Shown here: positions 20,368 through 29,665 of the stretch, in pieces
Position numbering within the stretch: the first letter of the stretch is position 1
Layout of the letters: every line of letters begins with the position of its first letter
From: Alphaproteobacteria bacterium
Lineage (GTDB): Bacteria; Pseudomonadota; Alphaproteobacteria; GCA-2746255
NCBI GenBank assembly: GCA_965249135.1
Contig: OZ252220.1
Span: forward strand, 1,760,001 to 1,824,000
Direction of reading: 5' to 3'
Length of the DNA stretch: 64,000 nucleotides
Translations under genes and position numbers: made by a program
The notes under the pieces: model-generated
Seen by the model: the letters and a program-made list of their open reading frames with translations, nothing else
What the model was told of the DNA's origin: nothing
Databases searched by the model: none

Positions 20368-21051
20368 CTAGCCGAGAAGAACGAGCGGTACGCCGGAAAG
20401 CCACTCATGGGCGAGCATGAGCGCCGCATAAAGCAAAAGCCCGATTAAGATCTTCGACCAGCCGATCTCGGCGAGCGTCACCTTCGTACGTCCGCCGAGG
20501 ATTGCCGCAAAGGGCAGGATCGAAGTTTTCTCGACGAAGGCCTCCCAGGTGGCGCCCCGTTCCGCACGCTTCTTCTGCTCGACCAAAAAAGGGCCGGCGA
20601 GCGAAAGGGTGAGGAAGGCGCCGAAGAAAAGAAGGGACGCTTGGTCCCCGTTCGCCAGTATGTGGCCGCCCGACCACAGTGCCAGCGCCCACAGGACCGG
20701 ATGGCGGGTGATGCGGAAGATGCCCGGGATGTCCTCCGGCCCGCCCAGCCTTCCGAAGACCGCCATCGTCGGGTTCTTCGACGTGGTGCCGGCCACCAGG
20801 AAAACGCTGACGATCGGCATGAGCAACAGCAACAGCCCCCGCGCCCACAAGAGATCGCCCCACAGCTCCACATGGGGCGCATCGAAGAAGGCGACGATCA
20901 TCCAGCCGAGGGTAAAGAGAGAGAGGAGAGAATAAAGGCCCAGGAATCCAGATTCACCGAAGAGCCGAATGAGATTTCCCCGAAGCGGCGTGCTGGAAAA
21001 GAGCACGTGGCTTCCGACGAAGAGAAGGCAGGCAAAGATCAGCGCCGTCAT
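20368..21051 (-). CDS. NnrU-family membrane protein
   Basis: F..SH, ITRHP.LW...LW..HI..NGD, TS.LPF, H.WL.GV. Confidence 0.85.
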   Translation of the reverse strand: MTALIFACLLFVGSHVLFSSTPLRGNLIRLFGESGFLGLYSLLSLFTLGWMIVAFFDAPHVELWGDLLWARGLLLLLMPIVSVFLVAGTTSKNPTMAVFGRLGGPEDIPGIFRITRHPVLWALALWSGGHILANGDQASLLFFGAFLTLSLAGPFLVEQKKRAERGATWEAFVEKTSILPFAAILGGRTKVTLAEIGWSKILIGLLLYAALMLAHEWLSGVPLVLLG

Positions 21052-21060
21052 CGGTCTCTC

Positions 21061-21948
21061 CTAGAAGCTCTCGGGGTCGAATCCGGTTTGCTGGCAGGCG
21101 GCCGTGAAGGTGTTCTTGAGAAGACAGGCGATCGTCATTGGCCCGACGCCGCCCGGCACCGGCGTGATGGCGCCGGCGATGGAGAGCGCCTCATCGAAGG
21201 CGACGTCGCCGACGAGCTTCGATTTTCCATTCGCTTCTTCGATCCGGTTGATGCCGACGTCGATCACGGTCGCCCCTTCCTTGATCCAATCGCCGCGCAC
21301 CATCCGGGGCTGACCGGTGGCGGCAATCAGGATATCCGCGCGTCGGCATTCCCCAGCCAGATCCTGGGTTTTTGAGTGGGCCAGCGTCACCGTGCAGTGC
21401 TCGCGAAGCAGCAGCAAGGCCATCGGCTTGCCGACGATGTTCGAGCGCCCCAGCACCAGCGCGCGCTTCCCCCTCAGATCGCCAAGGGTGTCTTTAAGCA
21501 GCATCAGGCAACCAAGCGGCGTGCAGGGGACCATGCCCTTGCCGCCGGTGACGAGGCGCCCGACATTCGTGACATTAAAGCCGTCGACGTCCTTCGCGGG
21601 ATCGATCGCGTCGATCACGGCGTTCGGGTCGATCTGGGAGGGGAGCGGCAGCTGAACCAGGATGCCGTGGACGGCCGCGTCATGGTTGAGCTTGTCCACC
21701 AGCGCCAGCAGTTCCTCCTGGCTCGTCTCGGCCGCAAGGTCATGCTTGAAGGACTGCATGTCTGCTTCCACGGTCTGCTTCGCCTTGTTTCGGGTGTAGA
21801 TCTGGCTGGCCGGATTTTCGCCGACCAGCACGACGGCAAGGCCCGGCGTCGGCCCGCCGCCTTCCTTCAACGCGCTCACCTTTCGCGCGATCTCGGCCCG
21901 CAGGTTCGCGGCAAACGCCTTCCCGTCGATGATCGTTGCTTCAGCCAT
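21061..21948 (-). CDS. folD: Methylenetetrahydrofolate dehydrogenase/cyclohydrolase
   Basis: [36 protein letters not shown]. Confidence 0.97.
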   Translation of the reverse strand: MAEATIIDGKAFAANLRAEIARKVSALKEGGGPTPGLAVVLVGENPASQIYTRNKAKQTVEADMQSFKHDLAAETSQEELLALVDKLNHDAAVHGILVQLPLPSQIDPNAVIDAIDPAKDVDGFNVTNVGRLVTGGKGMVPCTPLGCLMLLKDTLGDLRGKRALVLGRSNIVGKPMALLLLREHCTVTLAHSKTQDLAGECRRADILIAATGQPRMVRGDWIKEGATVIDVGINRIEEANGKSKLVGDVAFDEALSIAGAITPVPGGVGPMTIACLLKNTFTAACQQTGFDPESF

Positions 21949-22270
21949 GATGAACTTTCAACCATGCGTCGAGTTGGGTGGCAAGCGCTTCCGACGCGTC
22001 GGCCAGGCGCAGCAGCTTCCGGCGACTCTTTTTTCCGCGGACAAGGGTGATTTGCCCCTTTGCCAATCGCCATTCCTTCGCAAGGAGACGGATGAGGGCG
22101 GCGTTCGCCTTGCCGTTTTCGGCTGCGGCCGTTACCGAAATCTTGAGTGCAAGGCCGCCTTCCGCATCCGAAATCACACCTTCGATCCGGTTTTGCCGGG
22201 CCTTCGGGCTAAGGTGCACGGCCACATGGATCCCCTCCCGGCTTTCCGAAAAGGGGGACCCCTTAACCAA
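21941..22270 (-). CDS. DUF167 (YggU) family protein
   Basis: [20 protein letters not shown]; located between yggT and folD. Confidence 0.85.
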   Translation of the reverse strand: MVKGSPFSESREGIHVAVHLSPKARQNRIEGVISDAEGGLALKISVTAAAENGKANAALIRLLAKEWRLAKGQITLVRGKKSRRKLLRLADASEALATQLDAWLKVHHG

Positions 22271-22541
22271 GGTATTCGAAGAGCAGGTTCCGTAAAAAGA
22301 TAAGGGCCAGGATCAGGACCACCGGTGAAATGTCGATTCCGCCGAGCGAGGGCAGGAACCGCCGGATGGGGCGGAGCGCAGGCTCCGTAATGCGGAAGAG
22401 GGACTCGCCAATCACGTAAACGATCCGATTGCTGGTGTTCACGATGTTGAAGGCGACGAGCCAGCTTAAGATCACGGAGATGATCAAAAGCCAAATGTAG
22501 ATGTCGATCACGGTGTCGACGAGAAGAAGGACGGAAGACAT
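22263..22541 (-). CDS. yggT: YggT-family membrane protein
   Basis: LSW, TEP.LRPIRR.LP..GGIDISP; ATG 22541. Confidence 0.9.
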   Translation of the reverse strand: MSSVLLLVDTVIDIYIWLLIISVILSWLVAFNIVNTSNRIVYVIGESLFRITEPALRPIRRFLPSLGGIDISPVVLILALIFLRNLLFEYLG

Positions 22542-22703
22542 CGAAAGTTTTGGCCACGACCTTGTGGGGAGAGAGACCGGGAACCCTACCCTTAAGGGGC
22601 TCTCCGGTGCAAGCAAGGCAACGCGGAAGATCGCCCGCCGTAGGGCTTAAGTTTTAAGGAGTTTTTCAAGGATTTTCGATTAGCGTCCCGCCACGGGGAA
22701 GTC

Positions 22704-22733
22704 TTGACAGCCGGCGGGGGGACGGAACACACT
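22704..22733 (+). promoter_or_regulatory. Putative sigma70 promoter of tRNA-Ala
   Basis: TTGACA at 22704-22709, weak -10 CACACT at 22728-22733, tRNA begins 22745. Confidence 0.4.
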
Positions 22734-22744
22734 CCCGCCTCTTC

Positions 22745-22820
<76 letters not shown>

Positions 22821-22906
22821 TTTCCTTGCCCGACGCTCGATAAGGTGTCTTTAAAGCGTCACATAAGTGTTACAGAGTTTTCCCGAAATTCAGGTCAGGC
22901 ATTCGA

Positions 22907-23743
22907 ATGTTTTCCATGGTTATCGCTCAAATCACCGACACCCACATTCGTTCATCCGAGATTCCTTCGTTCTTCGATTTTGATCCGGCCGATTTCCTGA
23001 AGGACGCCATCACCCGGTTGCAGTCCCTTCCGGCGACGCCGGATGCGGTCATCGTAACGGGCGACCTGGTCGATTGCGGCAGGGAAGACGAATACGAAAA
23101 GTTTCTCGAGATCCTTAAACCCCTTGCGATGCCGTTCTATGTGATCCCTGGCAATCACGACAATCGCGATACCCTTCGCAAGGTCTTTCGCCCTACGCAC
23201 AGCTACCTGCCGGCCGAAGGCTTCCTCCACTATGTGGTGGAGGGCGACCCCCTTCGCATGATCGCGCTCGATACGACGATCGAGGGCGAGGATGGCGGCA
23301 TCCTTTGTGAGGAACGCTTGGGCTGGCTTGAAGCGCGGCTCAACGAGGCGAGAGAAAAACCGACTCTCATCTTCATGCACCACCCCCCCCTCCGTATCTA
23401 TTTGGCGGAAATGGATCGCCTTAATTGCGGGAATGCGGACAAGTTCCGCGCCCTTCTCAAGGATCACCCGCAAGTCATGCGGGTCACCTGCGGTCACGCC
23501 CATCGCGGGGTTCAGCTCCGCTGGGAGCACGCAACCGTCGGTATTTCACCGAGTACGGGCCATCAACTCTACCTCGACTTCCATCCGGACTCGATGACGC
23601 AGTACATCATGGAGCCACCCGGCTTGCTGCTGCATATGTGGGACGAGGATCAGGGGCTCACCACCCATACGGTGCCGATCGCACGCTTCTCGGGCCCGCA
23701 CGAATTTCACAAGGCCCGGGCCGACGACCGGCACGACGTCTGA
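22907..23743 (+). CDS. Calcineurin-like metallophosphoesterase (CpdA/GpdQ-like phosphodiesterase)
   Basis: DTH, GDLVD, GNHD, HHPP, GHAH metal motifs; start may be ATG 22916. Confidence 0.9.
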   Translation: MFSMVIAQITDTHIRSSEIPSFFDFDPADFLKDAITRLQSLPATPDAVIVTGDLVDCGREDEYEKFLEILKPLAMPFYVIPGNHDNRDTLRKVFRPTHSYLPAEGFLHYVVEGDPLRMIALDTTIEGEDGGILCEERLGWLEARLNEAREKPTLIFMHHPPLRIYLAEMDRLNCGNADKFRALLKDHPQVMRVTCGHAHRGVQLRWEHATVGISPSTGHQLYLDFHPDSMTQYIMEPPGLLLHMWDEDQGLTTHTVPIARFSGPHEFHKARADDRHDV

Positions 23744-23778
23744 CGAGGCCCCGGCTAGATGGATGCCCCTAGCTCACC

Positions 23779-24582
23779 TCATCGGGTGCGCCGAAACAGA
23801 AATTCATCGCAGCCTGAACCGAACAAACCAAATCGATTTTCGGTTTTTGATTGGACATGCTGGAATCCGCGTTCCTCGACGAAGCAGATGGTGGCGGATG
23901 GTTCGATGGATTCATAGGGATAGCCCCCGAGCCAATCCTCCACGTCATGGTTCCAATTCATCCCGCGGAGCGTCCGGTAGCTCTTTATATAAAGCAATGG
24001 ATTCCTGCCTGAAGCCAGCAGACCAAGGATGAGCAGAGCCTTGTAGAGAGTCCTCGCCAGAAAAGGAAACCACCGCGGGTGAGCCACAAAATTCCGTTTT
24101 TCCCACTGCCAAAACTTGCAGAATGGTGTCTTGCCGTACAGGGCGATGAGGAAATGGCCGCCCGGCCGTACAAAATTTGCAGCGCAGTCGATCGCGCGGA
24201 ACATGTCCCCCGTATGGTGAAGGACACCCCAAGAATAAACGATGTCGAAAGTGCCGTAATTGTCCATAGACATCTCGAAGATGTCATCCTGACGGCATTG
24301 CCAAACCTTTGATGCCGCGTATCGCTCCAGGACCAAGCGGGTGGTGGCGACAGAGTTGGGATCGAAATCGACGGCCATCACCTCGCGTGCTCCCAGGTTC
24401 AGGGCGGCGAGCGAAAACAGGCCGGAACCGCAACCGATATCAAGGAAACGGCTTCCACGAAGGTTGTCTGCTCGTAAGAATGCTCGCAACGATGCTTCGG
24501 CCTGATCGATGCGTTCGGCGTCGAGTGTGGTCGCGAATTGCCGCCAGTTCTCGCCAAAGGCAAATCTATCCGTGTTTGCCAT
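23779..24582 (-). CDS. Class I SAM-dependent methyltransferase of the type found in glycan loci
   Basis: RFAFGENW N terminus, LDIGCGSG, FDIVYSWGVLHHTG, DWLGGYPYE. Confidence 0.88.
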   Translation of the reverse strand: MANTDRFAFGENWRQFATTLDAERIDQAEASLRAFLRADNLRGSRFLDIGCGSGLFSLAALNLGAREVMAVDFDPNSVATTRLVLERYAASKVWQCRQDDIFEMSMDNYGTFDIVYSWGVLHHTGDMFRAIDCAANFVRPGGHFLIALYGKTPFCKFWQWEKRNFVAHPRWFPFLARTLYKALLILGLLASGRNPLLYIKSYRTLRGMNWNHDVEDWLGGYPYESIEPSATICFVEERGFQHVQSKTENRFGLFGSGCDEFLFRRTR

Positions 24583-24763
24583 GTGCCTATCTCCGGGTCG
24601 CGACGGTACGGCTGGGGGCAGCATGCATGGCACATTCAGGGGTTTCCAGTTAAGCCTTGATAGGATTGCCGATGCCTTCGAAATCGCCCGCCTGACGCCG
24701 CAAAATTGGCAAATTAAGCCAGGAAATCAGCCATTTTTGCCAAGTCGGCCGGGCATTTAGGAA

Positions 24764-24793
24764 TTGACGTTCACCGAATGAACATGGTAGAGG
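24764..24793 (+). promoter_or_regulatory. Putative sigma70 promoter of the glycan operon
   Basis: TTGACG 24764-24769 and TGnTAGAGG extended -10-like element at 24785-24793. Confidence 0.35.
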
Positions 24794-24809
24794 ACGGTAC
24801 GAGAAAAAC

Positions 24810-24846
24810 CGAGGTGGCGGCGATTCACCTCGCCTGCGGTAGCGTG
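24810..24846 (+). promoter_or_regulatory. Hairpin plus ops-like (RfaH/NusG-paralog) element
   Basis: CGAGGTG/CACCTCG stem (24810-24832), then TGCGGTAGCGTG (24835-24846), 11/12 to ops GGCGGTAGCGTG, on the coding strand of a long polysaccharide operon leader. Confidence 0.5.
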
Positions 24847-25064
24847 CTCGGATGACACCGGGATACCGCCATTTTTATCAAGTTGTCCGCTCCGGCCTGA
24901 CTCCAAAATGGTCCGCATCCTAGAGAAACAATTAACGAACCAATGCGGCTGAATCCAGTTTCTGGACAAATTCCGATCCAGCCAAAGTCTCTGGGGGGGA
25001 GCGCACTTTGTTTTAACCCGTGCAACCGTGAGTTGGCTCACGCGTTTGAAACGAGCGACGGCAC

Positions 25065-25970
25065 GTGAATGGCGCTGAGAGATGGTTGATTGTCGGGGCC
25101 AGCGGTCTGCTTGGGGTGCGACTTGCCAGTTACTTGCATACGCTGGGTCGCGAAGTCGTTGCGCTTCATTGGAAGCACCCACTTCCAGGAAACCTCGCGC
25201 CGTTTGGTTTTCAAACGGATCTGCTTGATGGGGACGATGCTTGTCGCCGTGTCATATGCGGTATTGCGCCTGACGTGGTCATAAATTGTGCTGGTCTCAC
25301 CAATGTCGATCAATGTGAAAGCGAGCCGGATCAAGCGGCTCTGTTAAACACGAGCTTGGCCGGCCGCATTGCGGAAGCCTCCAGCAAACAGGGCTGCCGT
25401 TTTGTCCAGATATCAACGGATCATCTTTGGGATGGGACGCATCCGCTGGTTGCAGAGGATGTTCCTCCCCGGCCGATCAATGTTTACGCTCGGACGAAGG
25501 CGGCGGGTGAGGTTGCGGTGCGCCAAGCCCACCCCCAATCCCTCGTCGTGCGGACAAATTTTTTTGGACCCAGCCTCCCATGGCGCAAGTCATTCCACGA
25601 TTGGTTGACAGAGCAGCTGTCCGAAGGTCGTGCCGTCAATGCTTTTTCGGATGTTTTCTTCACGCCGGTCGCGTCGGACTTGTTGAGCGCCATGATTGTT
25701 GAATTGGTCGATCGGAGCGTGTCGGGAGTGTTGCATCTCGCCGGGGGCAACCGGATCAGTAAGTACGACTTCGCGCTTCGCTGGGCTGAGCGCTTGGGCT
25801 TGGACAGAACCTTGATCCACGTCGGTTCAGTTGAGGATGGCAACCTTGCGGCGCCGCGTCCGCACGATATGTCGCTCGATTGTTCGAAGGCGGCGGCTGT
25901 TCTTGGGCGTCCGATGCCTTCCCTGCACGAGTCGTTGCAGGTCTATGGCCGCGTTCTTGCGACACACTAA
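25065..25970 (+). CDS. RmlD-like NDP-4-keto-sugar reductase (extended SDR)
   Basis: GASGLLG, NCAGLTNVD.CE, STD, YARTK; no rmlA/B/C in the window. Confidence 0.85.
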   Translation: MNGAERWLIVGASGLLGVRLASYLHTLGREVVALHWKHPLPGNLAPFGFQTDLLDGDDACRRVICGIAPDVVINCAGLTNVDQCESEPDQAALLNTSLAGRIAEASSKQGCRFVQISTDHLWDGTHPLVAEDVPPRPINVYARTKAAGEVAVRQAHPQSLVVRTNFFGPSLPWRKSFHDWLTEQLSEGRAVNAFSDVFFTPVASDLLSAMIVELVDRSVSGVLHLAGGNRISKYDFALRWAERLGLDRTLIHVGSVEDGNLAAPRPHDMSLDCSKAAAVLGRPMPSLHESLQVYGRVLATH

Positions 25971-26000
25971 AACCGAAATCAAACGGGATCATTTTTCACG

Positions 26001-26984
26001 ATGAATATCAACGGAAGCTCGATCCTCGTCACCGGCGGCACAGGCTCTTTCGGGAAGAGGTTCATTAAATTACTGCTGGAAAAATATTCGCCGCGGCGTC
26101 TCGTCGTCTTTTCCCGCGATGAATTGAAGCAATTCGAAATGCGCCAGAAACTGGATGCGCCAAACCTTCGGTACTTTATCGGCGACGTTCGAGACGAGGC
26201 GCGCCTACGCCGGGCATTTCAGGGCATCGATATCGTTGTCCATGCGGCCGCGCTCAAGCAGGTGCCGACAGCGGAATACAATCCGATCGAATGCATCATG
26301 ACCAATGTCATGGGTGCCGAGAATGTCATTAACGTGGCAATCGACAGCGGCGTGAAAAAAGTCGTGGCGCTGTCGACGGACAAGGGGGTCAATCCGATCA
26401 ACCTTTACGGCGCCACCAAGCTTTGCGCGGACAAGCTTTTCATTGCGGCAAACAATCTAGCCGGTGGTGATGGCACGCGTTTTGCCAATGTCCGCTACGG
26501 CAACGTGATCGGTTCGCGCGGTAGTGTCATTCCCTATTTCAAGAAGATGCGGGAAACCGGCATGATTCCGATCACCGATTCACGCATGACGCGCTTCTGG
26601 ATCACGCTCGACCAAGGCGCTCAGTTCGTCGCGCGTTGTGCCGGGATGCTTAACGGCGGTGAAACCTTCGTCGCGAAGCTCCCGTCGATGCGGATTACCG
26701 ATCTTGCGGAGGCAATCGCGCCTGGCTGCGAGCAGCGGATCATCGGTATCCGGCAGGGTGAGAAGCTGCATGAGGTCATGGTGCCCTCCGAGGAAGCGCG
26801 TCACACAATTGAGTTAGAGGACTTCTTCGTTATCAAGGGCGAGCAGGTACCTTATCGCCGCGGCACCGACCCGAATACCTATGACGGCCAGGTCGGCAAG
26901 CCGATCGACGAGGACTTCCGCTACGCCAGCGATTCAAACACAGAATGGTTGAGCGTCGACCAACTACGCGCGGTGATCGACTGA
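26001..26984 (+). CDS. pseB: UDP-N-acetylglucosamine 4,6-dehydratase (inverting)
   Basis: TGGTGSFG, SRDELKQ, HAAALKQVP, LSTDK, YGATK, RYGNVIGSRGS, MTRFWITL. Confidence 0.93.
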   Translation: MNINGSSILVTGGTGSFGKRFIKLLLEKYSPRRLVVFSRDELKQFEMRQKLDAPNLRYFIGDVRDEARLRRAFQGIDIVVHAAALKQVPTAEYNPIECIMTNVMGAENVINVAIDSGVKKVVALSTDKGVNPINLYGATKLCADKLFIAANNLAGGDGTRFANVRYGNVIGSRGSVIPYFKKMRETGMIPITDSRMTRFWITLDQGAQFVARCAGMLNGGETFVAKLPSMRITDLAEAIAPGCEQRIIGIRQGEKLHEVMVPSEEARHTIELEDFFVIKGEQVPYRRGTDPNTYDGQVGKPIDEDFRYASDSNTEWLSVDQLRAVID

Positions 26985-28216
26985 TGGCGCTCCGGCCCCT
27001 CCATTATGGCCGGCAACTGGTGGATGACGATGACGTCGCGGCCGTCGTCGAAGTCCTAAAGAGCGACTTCCTGACCCAGGGGCCGGTCGTGGAGTGCTTC
27101 GAACGCGCCATCGCCGACCGGATTGGCGCCGCCCATGTCGTCGCCTTCGCCAACGCAACCGCCGCGCTGCACGGGGCTGTCAGCGTATGCGGCGTGGGGC
27201 CTGGCGATGTCGGGGTAACACAGGCGATCACCTTCTGCGCATCGGCCAACATGTTTCACTACTGCGGCGGCGAGGTTGCATTTTGTGACATCGACCCAGA
27301 TACAGTGGGTTGCGATCTGAAGTCGCTTGCAGCGACCATCGAGCGCGAGGAATCCGCTGGCCGGCGGGTGAAGGTCGTGGTGCCGGTGCACATGGGTGGG
27401 CTCAGCACAAACGGCAAAGCGATCCGTAAGGTTGCCGGTTCCAGGTTCATAGTCGAAGATGCCTCGCATGCGCTTGGGGCCAGCGACGACGATGGCCACC
27501 CAGTTGGTTGCTGCGCCTACGCCGATATTTCCGTGTTTTCGTTTCATCCCGTGAAGCCGATCACAAGCGGGGAAGGCGGCGTCGCCGCGACGAACGATGC
27601 AGCTTTGGCGGAACGGCTACGCCTGTTCCGCAACCATGGGATCGAGAAGATGGTGGACCATTTTCGCTTCGCCGAGGCGGAGGATGGGACGGCGGACGTA
27701 GGGCCCTGGTACTACGAACAGCAGGAGCTCGGATATAACTACCGGCTCTCGGATCTGCATGCTGCGCTCGGGCTCTCGCAGATGGGCAAGCTGGACGCCT
27801 TCGTCCGGCGTCGTCGTGAGCTTGCCGCGCGTTACGACGATGCCTTCCGGGAGTTCAATCAGGTGACGCCGCTGCAGGCCGACGCGGCTTGGCGCGCACG
27901 CTCGTCCCATCATCTCTACCTCGTGGCGATTGATTTTTCTGCGGTCGGTATATCGCGGCGCGATGTCATGCTAGCGCTGCAGGCTGACGGCATCTGGACC
28001 CAAGTGCATTACATTCCAGTCTACCGTCATCCCTATTATCGCGCGCGTTACGACCTGTGCTTTGCCGACTTCCCGAATGCCGAGCGCTATTATACCAATG
28101 CGCTGACCCTGCCGCTTCATCCCGGTATGACCGGAGAGGATGTCGACCATGTGGTGGAGTCACTGCGAAGCGCGATCGGTTCTTCATCCAGACCTTCGAT
28201 CCAATGCGGGACCTGA
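26984..28216 (+). CDS. pseC: PseC-type sugar aminotransferase (DegT/DnrJ family)
   Basis: YGRQ, LTQGP, EDASHALG, SFHPVKPITSGEGG, WYYEQQELGYNYR, QVHYIP; coupled to pseB. Confidence 0.9.
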   Translation: MALRPLHYGRQLVDDDDVAAVVEVLKSDFLTQGPVVECFERAIADRIGAAHVVAFANATAALHGAVSVCGVGPGDVGVTQAITFCASANMFHYCGGEVAFCDIDPDTVGCDLKSLAATIEREESAGRRVKVVVPVHMGGLSTNGKAIRKVAGSRFIVEDASHALGASDDDGHPVGCCAYADISVFSFHPVKPITSGEGGVAATNDAALAERLRLFRNHGIEKMVDHFRFAEAEDGTADVGPWYYEQQELGYNYRLSDLHAALGLSQMGKLDAFVRRRRELAARYDDAFREFNQVTPLQADAAWRARSSHHLYLVAIDFSAVGISRRDVMLALQADGIWTQVHYIPVYRHPYYRARYDLCFADFPNAERYYTNALTLPLHPGMTGEDVDHVVESLRSAIGSSSRPSIQCGT

Positions 28217-28749
28217 GTAGACAGCCGTTTCGGCCGCTTTTGCTGCCTGGAGACGATAAGGCGGAACTGCGCGTTCTGCGCGACAGCGATGTCACTCCCG
28301 CCTACGTGCGCGGCATGAATGACCCTAAGGTCCGGCGCTTCGTCTCCGTTGGCCGAGGGGAACTTGATGAAGCGTGCATAATAGACTTCGTTCGGGATAA
28401 TTGGCAGCGGTTGGATTGCTTGCTCTTCGGGCTCTTTGTCGCCGACGTTCATTGTGGCAACGTGCGGCTCCATGGGTATGACGGGAATACCGTCTGGCTG
28501 GGGATCGCCTTGTTCGATCGTTCGATTTGGGGCCGGGGCTTCGGCTCATGCGCCATTACCGCCGCCAGCAATTTTGCTTTGGACACATTGTCGTGTCTCT
28601 CGGTCCAGGCCGGGGTCAATCGCGAAAACGAAGTATCCGTAGCTGCATTTCGGAAGGCCGGCTTCGTGGTCGTCGAAGAAAAACCGAACGGATTCGTCTT
28701 TGCCCGGCGCAGTGACGCAGGCATGCGGCAAGCTGTAGATGGCGCTTGA
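28204..28749 (+). CDS. GNAT (RimJ/PseH-like) N-acyltransferase
   Basis: WGRGFG acetyl-CoA motif and N.VS..AF.KAGF; overlaps the pseC end. Confidence 0.8.
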   Translation: MRDLSRQPFRPLLLPGDDKAELRVLRDSDVTPAYVRGMNDPKVRRFVSVGRGELDEACIIDFVRDNWQRLDCLLFGLFVADVHCGNVRLHGYDGNTVWLGIALFDRSIWGRGFGSCAITAASNFALDTLSCLSVQAGVNRENEVSVAAFRKAGFVVVEEKPNGFVFARRSDAGMRQAVDGA

Positions 28750-29665
28750 TAATCTGACCATTGGTACCGTGAATTTCGGGATACCGTACGGCACCGTTCC
28801 GGGATCCGGGCAGGTGTCGGCCGAACAGGCGGCGGCGATCGTTCGCTCAGCGCTCGAAATGGGCATCGATCGATTTGATACCGCGGTCGGATATGGCACA
28901 GCCGAAAACGTGCTGGGCAAGTCGCTTGCACGAGCGAATGCGGCAGACGCGAAGGTCGTCACCAAAATTTTGCCGCTATCGGACGGAACGCTCAACGGGG
29001 AGATTGCAGTCAGCATTGCCGAGCAGGTCCGTCAGGCGCGCGACCGGTTGGGCGTGCGGGAGCTTGACGCCGTATTGGTGCACCGTGCGGCTGATCTCGT
29101 GGAGTCTAACGGGCCGCGGTTGTGGGATGCCCTGCAGCATGCCCGCGCCGATGGCATTACTCGGCGGATCGGTGTTTCAGTGTACGAGGCTTCCGAAATC
29201 GAGGCGATTATGGCGCGCTTCATACCCGAGGTTGTTCAACTACCGCTCAGCATAGCGGACCAGCGGCTGATCCGTTCCGGTCACTTATCGATGCTGGCCG
29301 AAAAGGGAGTTGAGATCCATGCCCGCTCGGTATTTCTGCAGGGCGTCTTGCTAGCTGGTTTGGATGAGATCGATGCTATTTTTGTGCCGGTCGCTACGGA
29401 AATGGCGGCGCTTGATGCGGCCGCGCGGTCCAAAGGTGTCGATCGTCTTGCGCTCTGTCTGGCCTTCGTCTCGCAGTTGCCGCAGGTTTCGCGGGTTATC
29501 ATCGGCGTCAACAGTGTCAGCCAGTTCCGCGAGATTGCGGAGGCGGCCGCCCGGTCTGTCGAGATTGAGAAGGTAGAGGCCAGTCGTTGCGCCTGGCGTG
29601 ATGATCGGCTGCTCAATCCGTCGAACTGGCCAAGCTTGAAAAAACCAGTGTTGTCGGAGGCATGA
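28739..29665 (+). CDS. Aldo/keto reductase
   Basis: GTVNFG..YG, DTAVGYG, TK, GVSVY, HARSVFLQG. Confidence 0.88.
   Translation: MALDNLTIGTVNFGIPYGTVPGSGQVSAEQAAAIVRSALEMGIDRFDTAVGYGTAENVLGKSLARANAADAKVVTKILPLSDGTLNGEIAVSIAEQVRQARDRLGVRELDAVLVHRAADLVESNGPRLWDALQHARADGITRRIGVSVYEASEIEAIMARFIPEVVQLPLSIADQRLIRSGHLSMLAEKGVEIHARSVFLQGVLLAGLDEIDAIFVPVATEMAALDAAARSKGVDRLALCLAFVSQLPQVSRVIIGVNSVSQFREIAEAAARSVEIEKVEASRCAWRDDRLLNPSNWPSLKKPVLSEA

Noticed and set aside
24600-25064. Sigma54 or CtrA sites suggesting flagellar regulation
   Set aside because: TGGCA half-sites lack a correctly spaced GC at -12, and no TTAA-N7-TTAA was found by eye.
24757-25182. 141-aa minus-strand ORF in the operon leader
   Set aside because: No motifs, overlaps the RmlD-like gene and the putative promoter; probably spurious.
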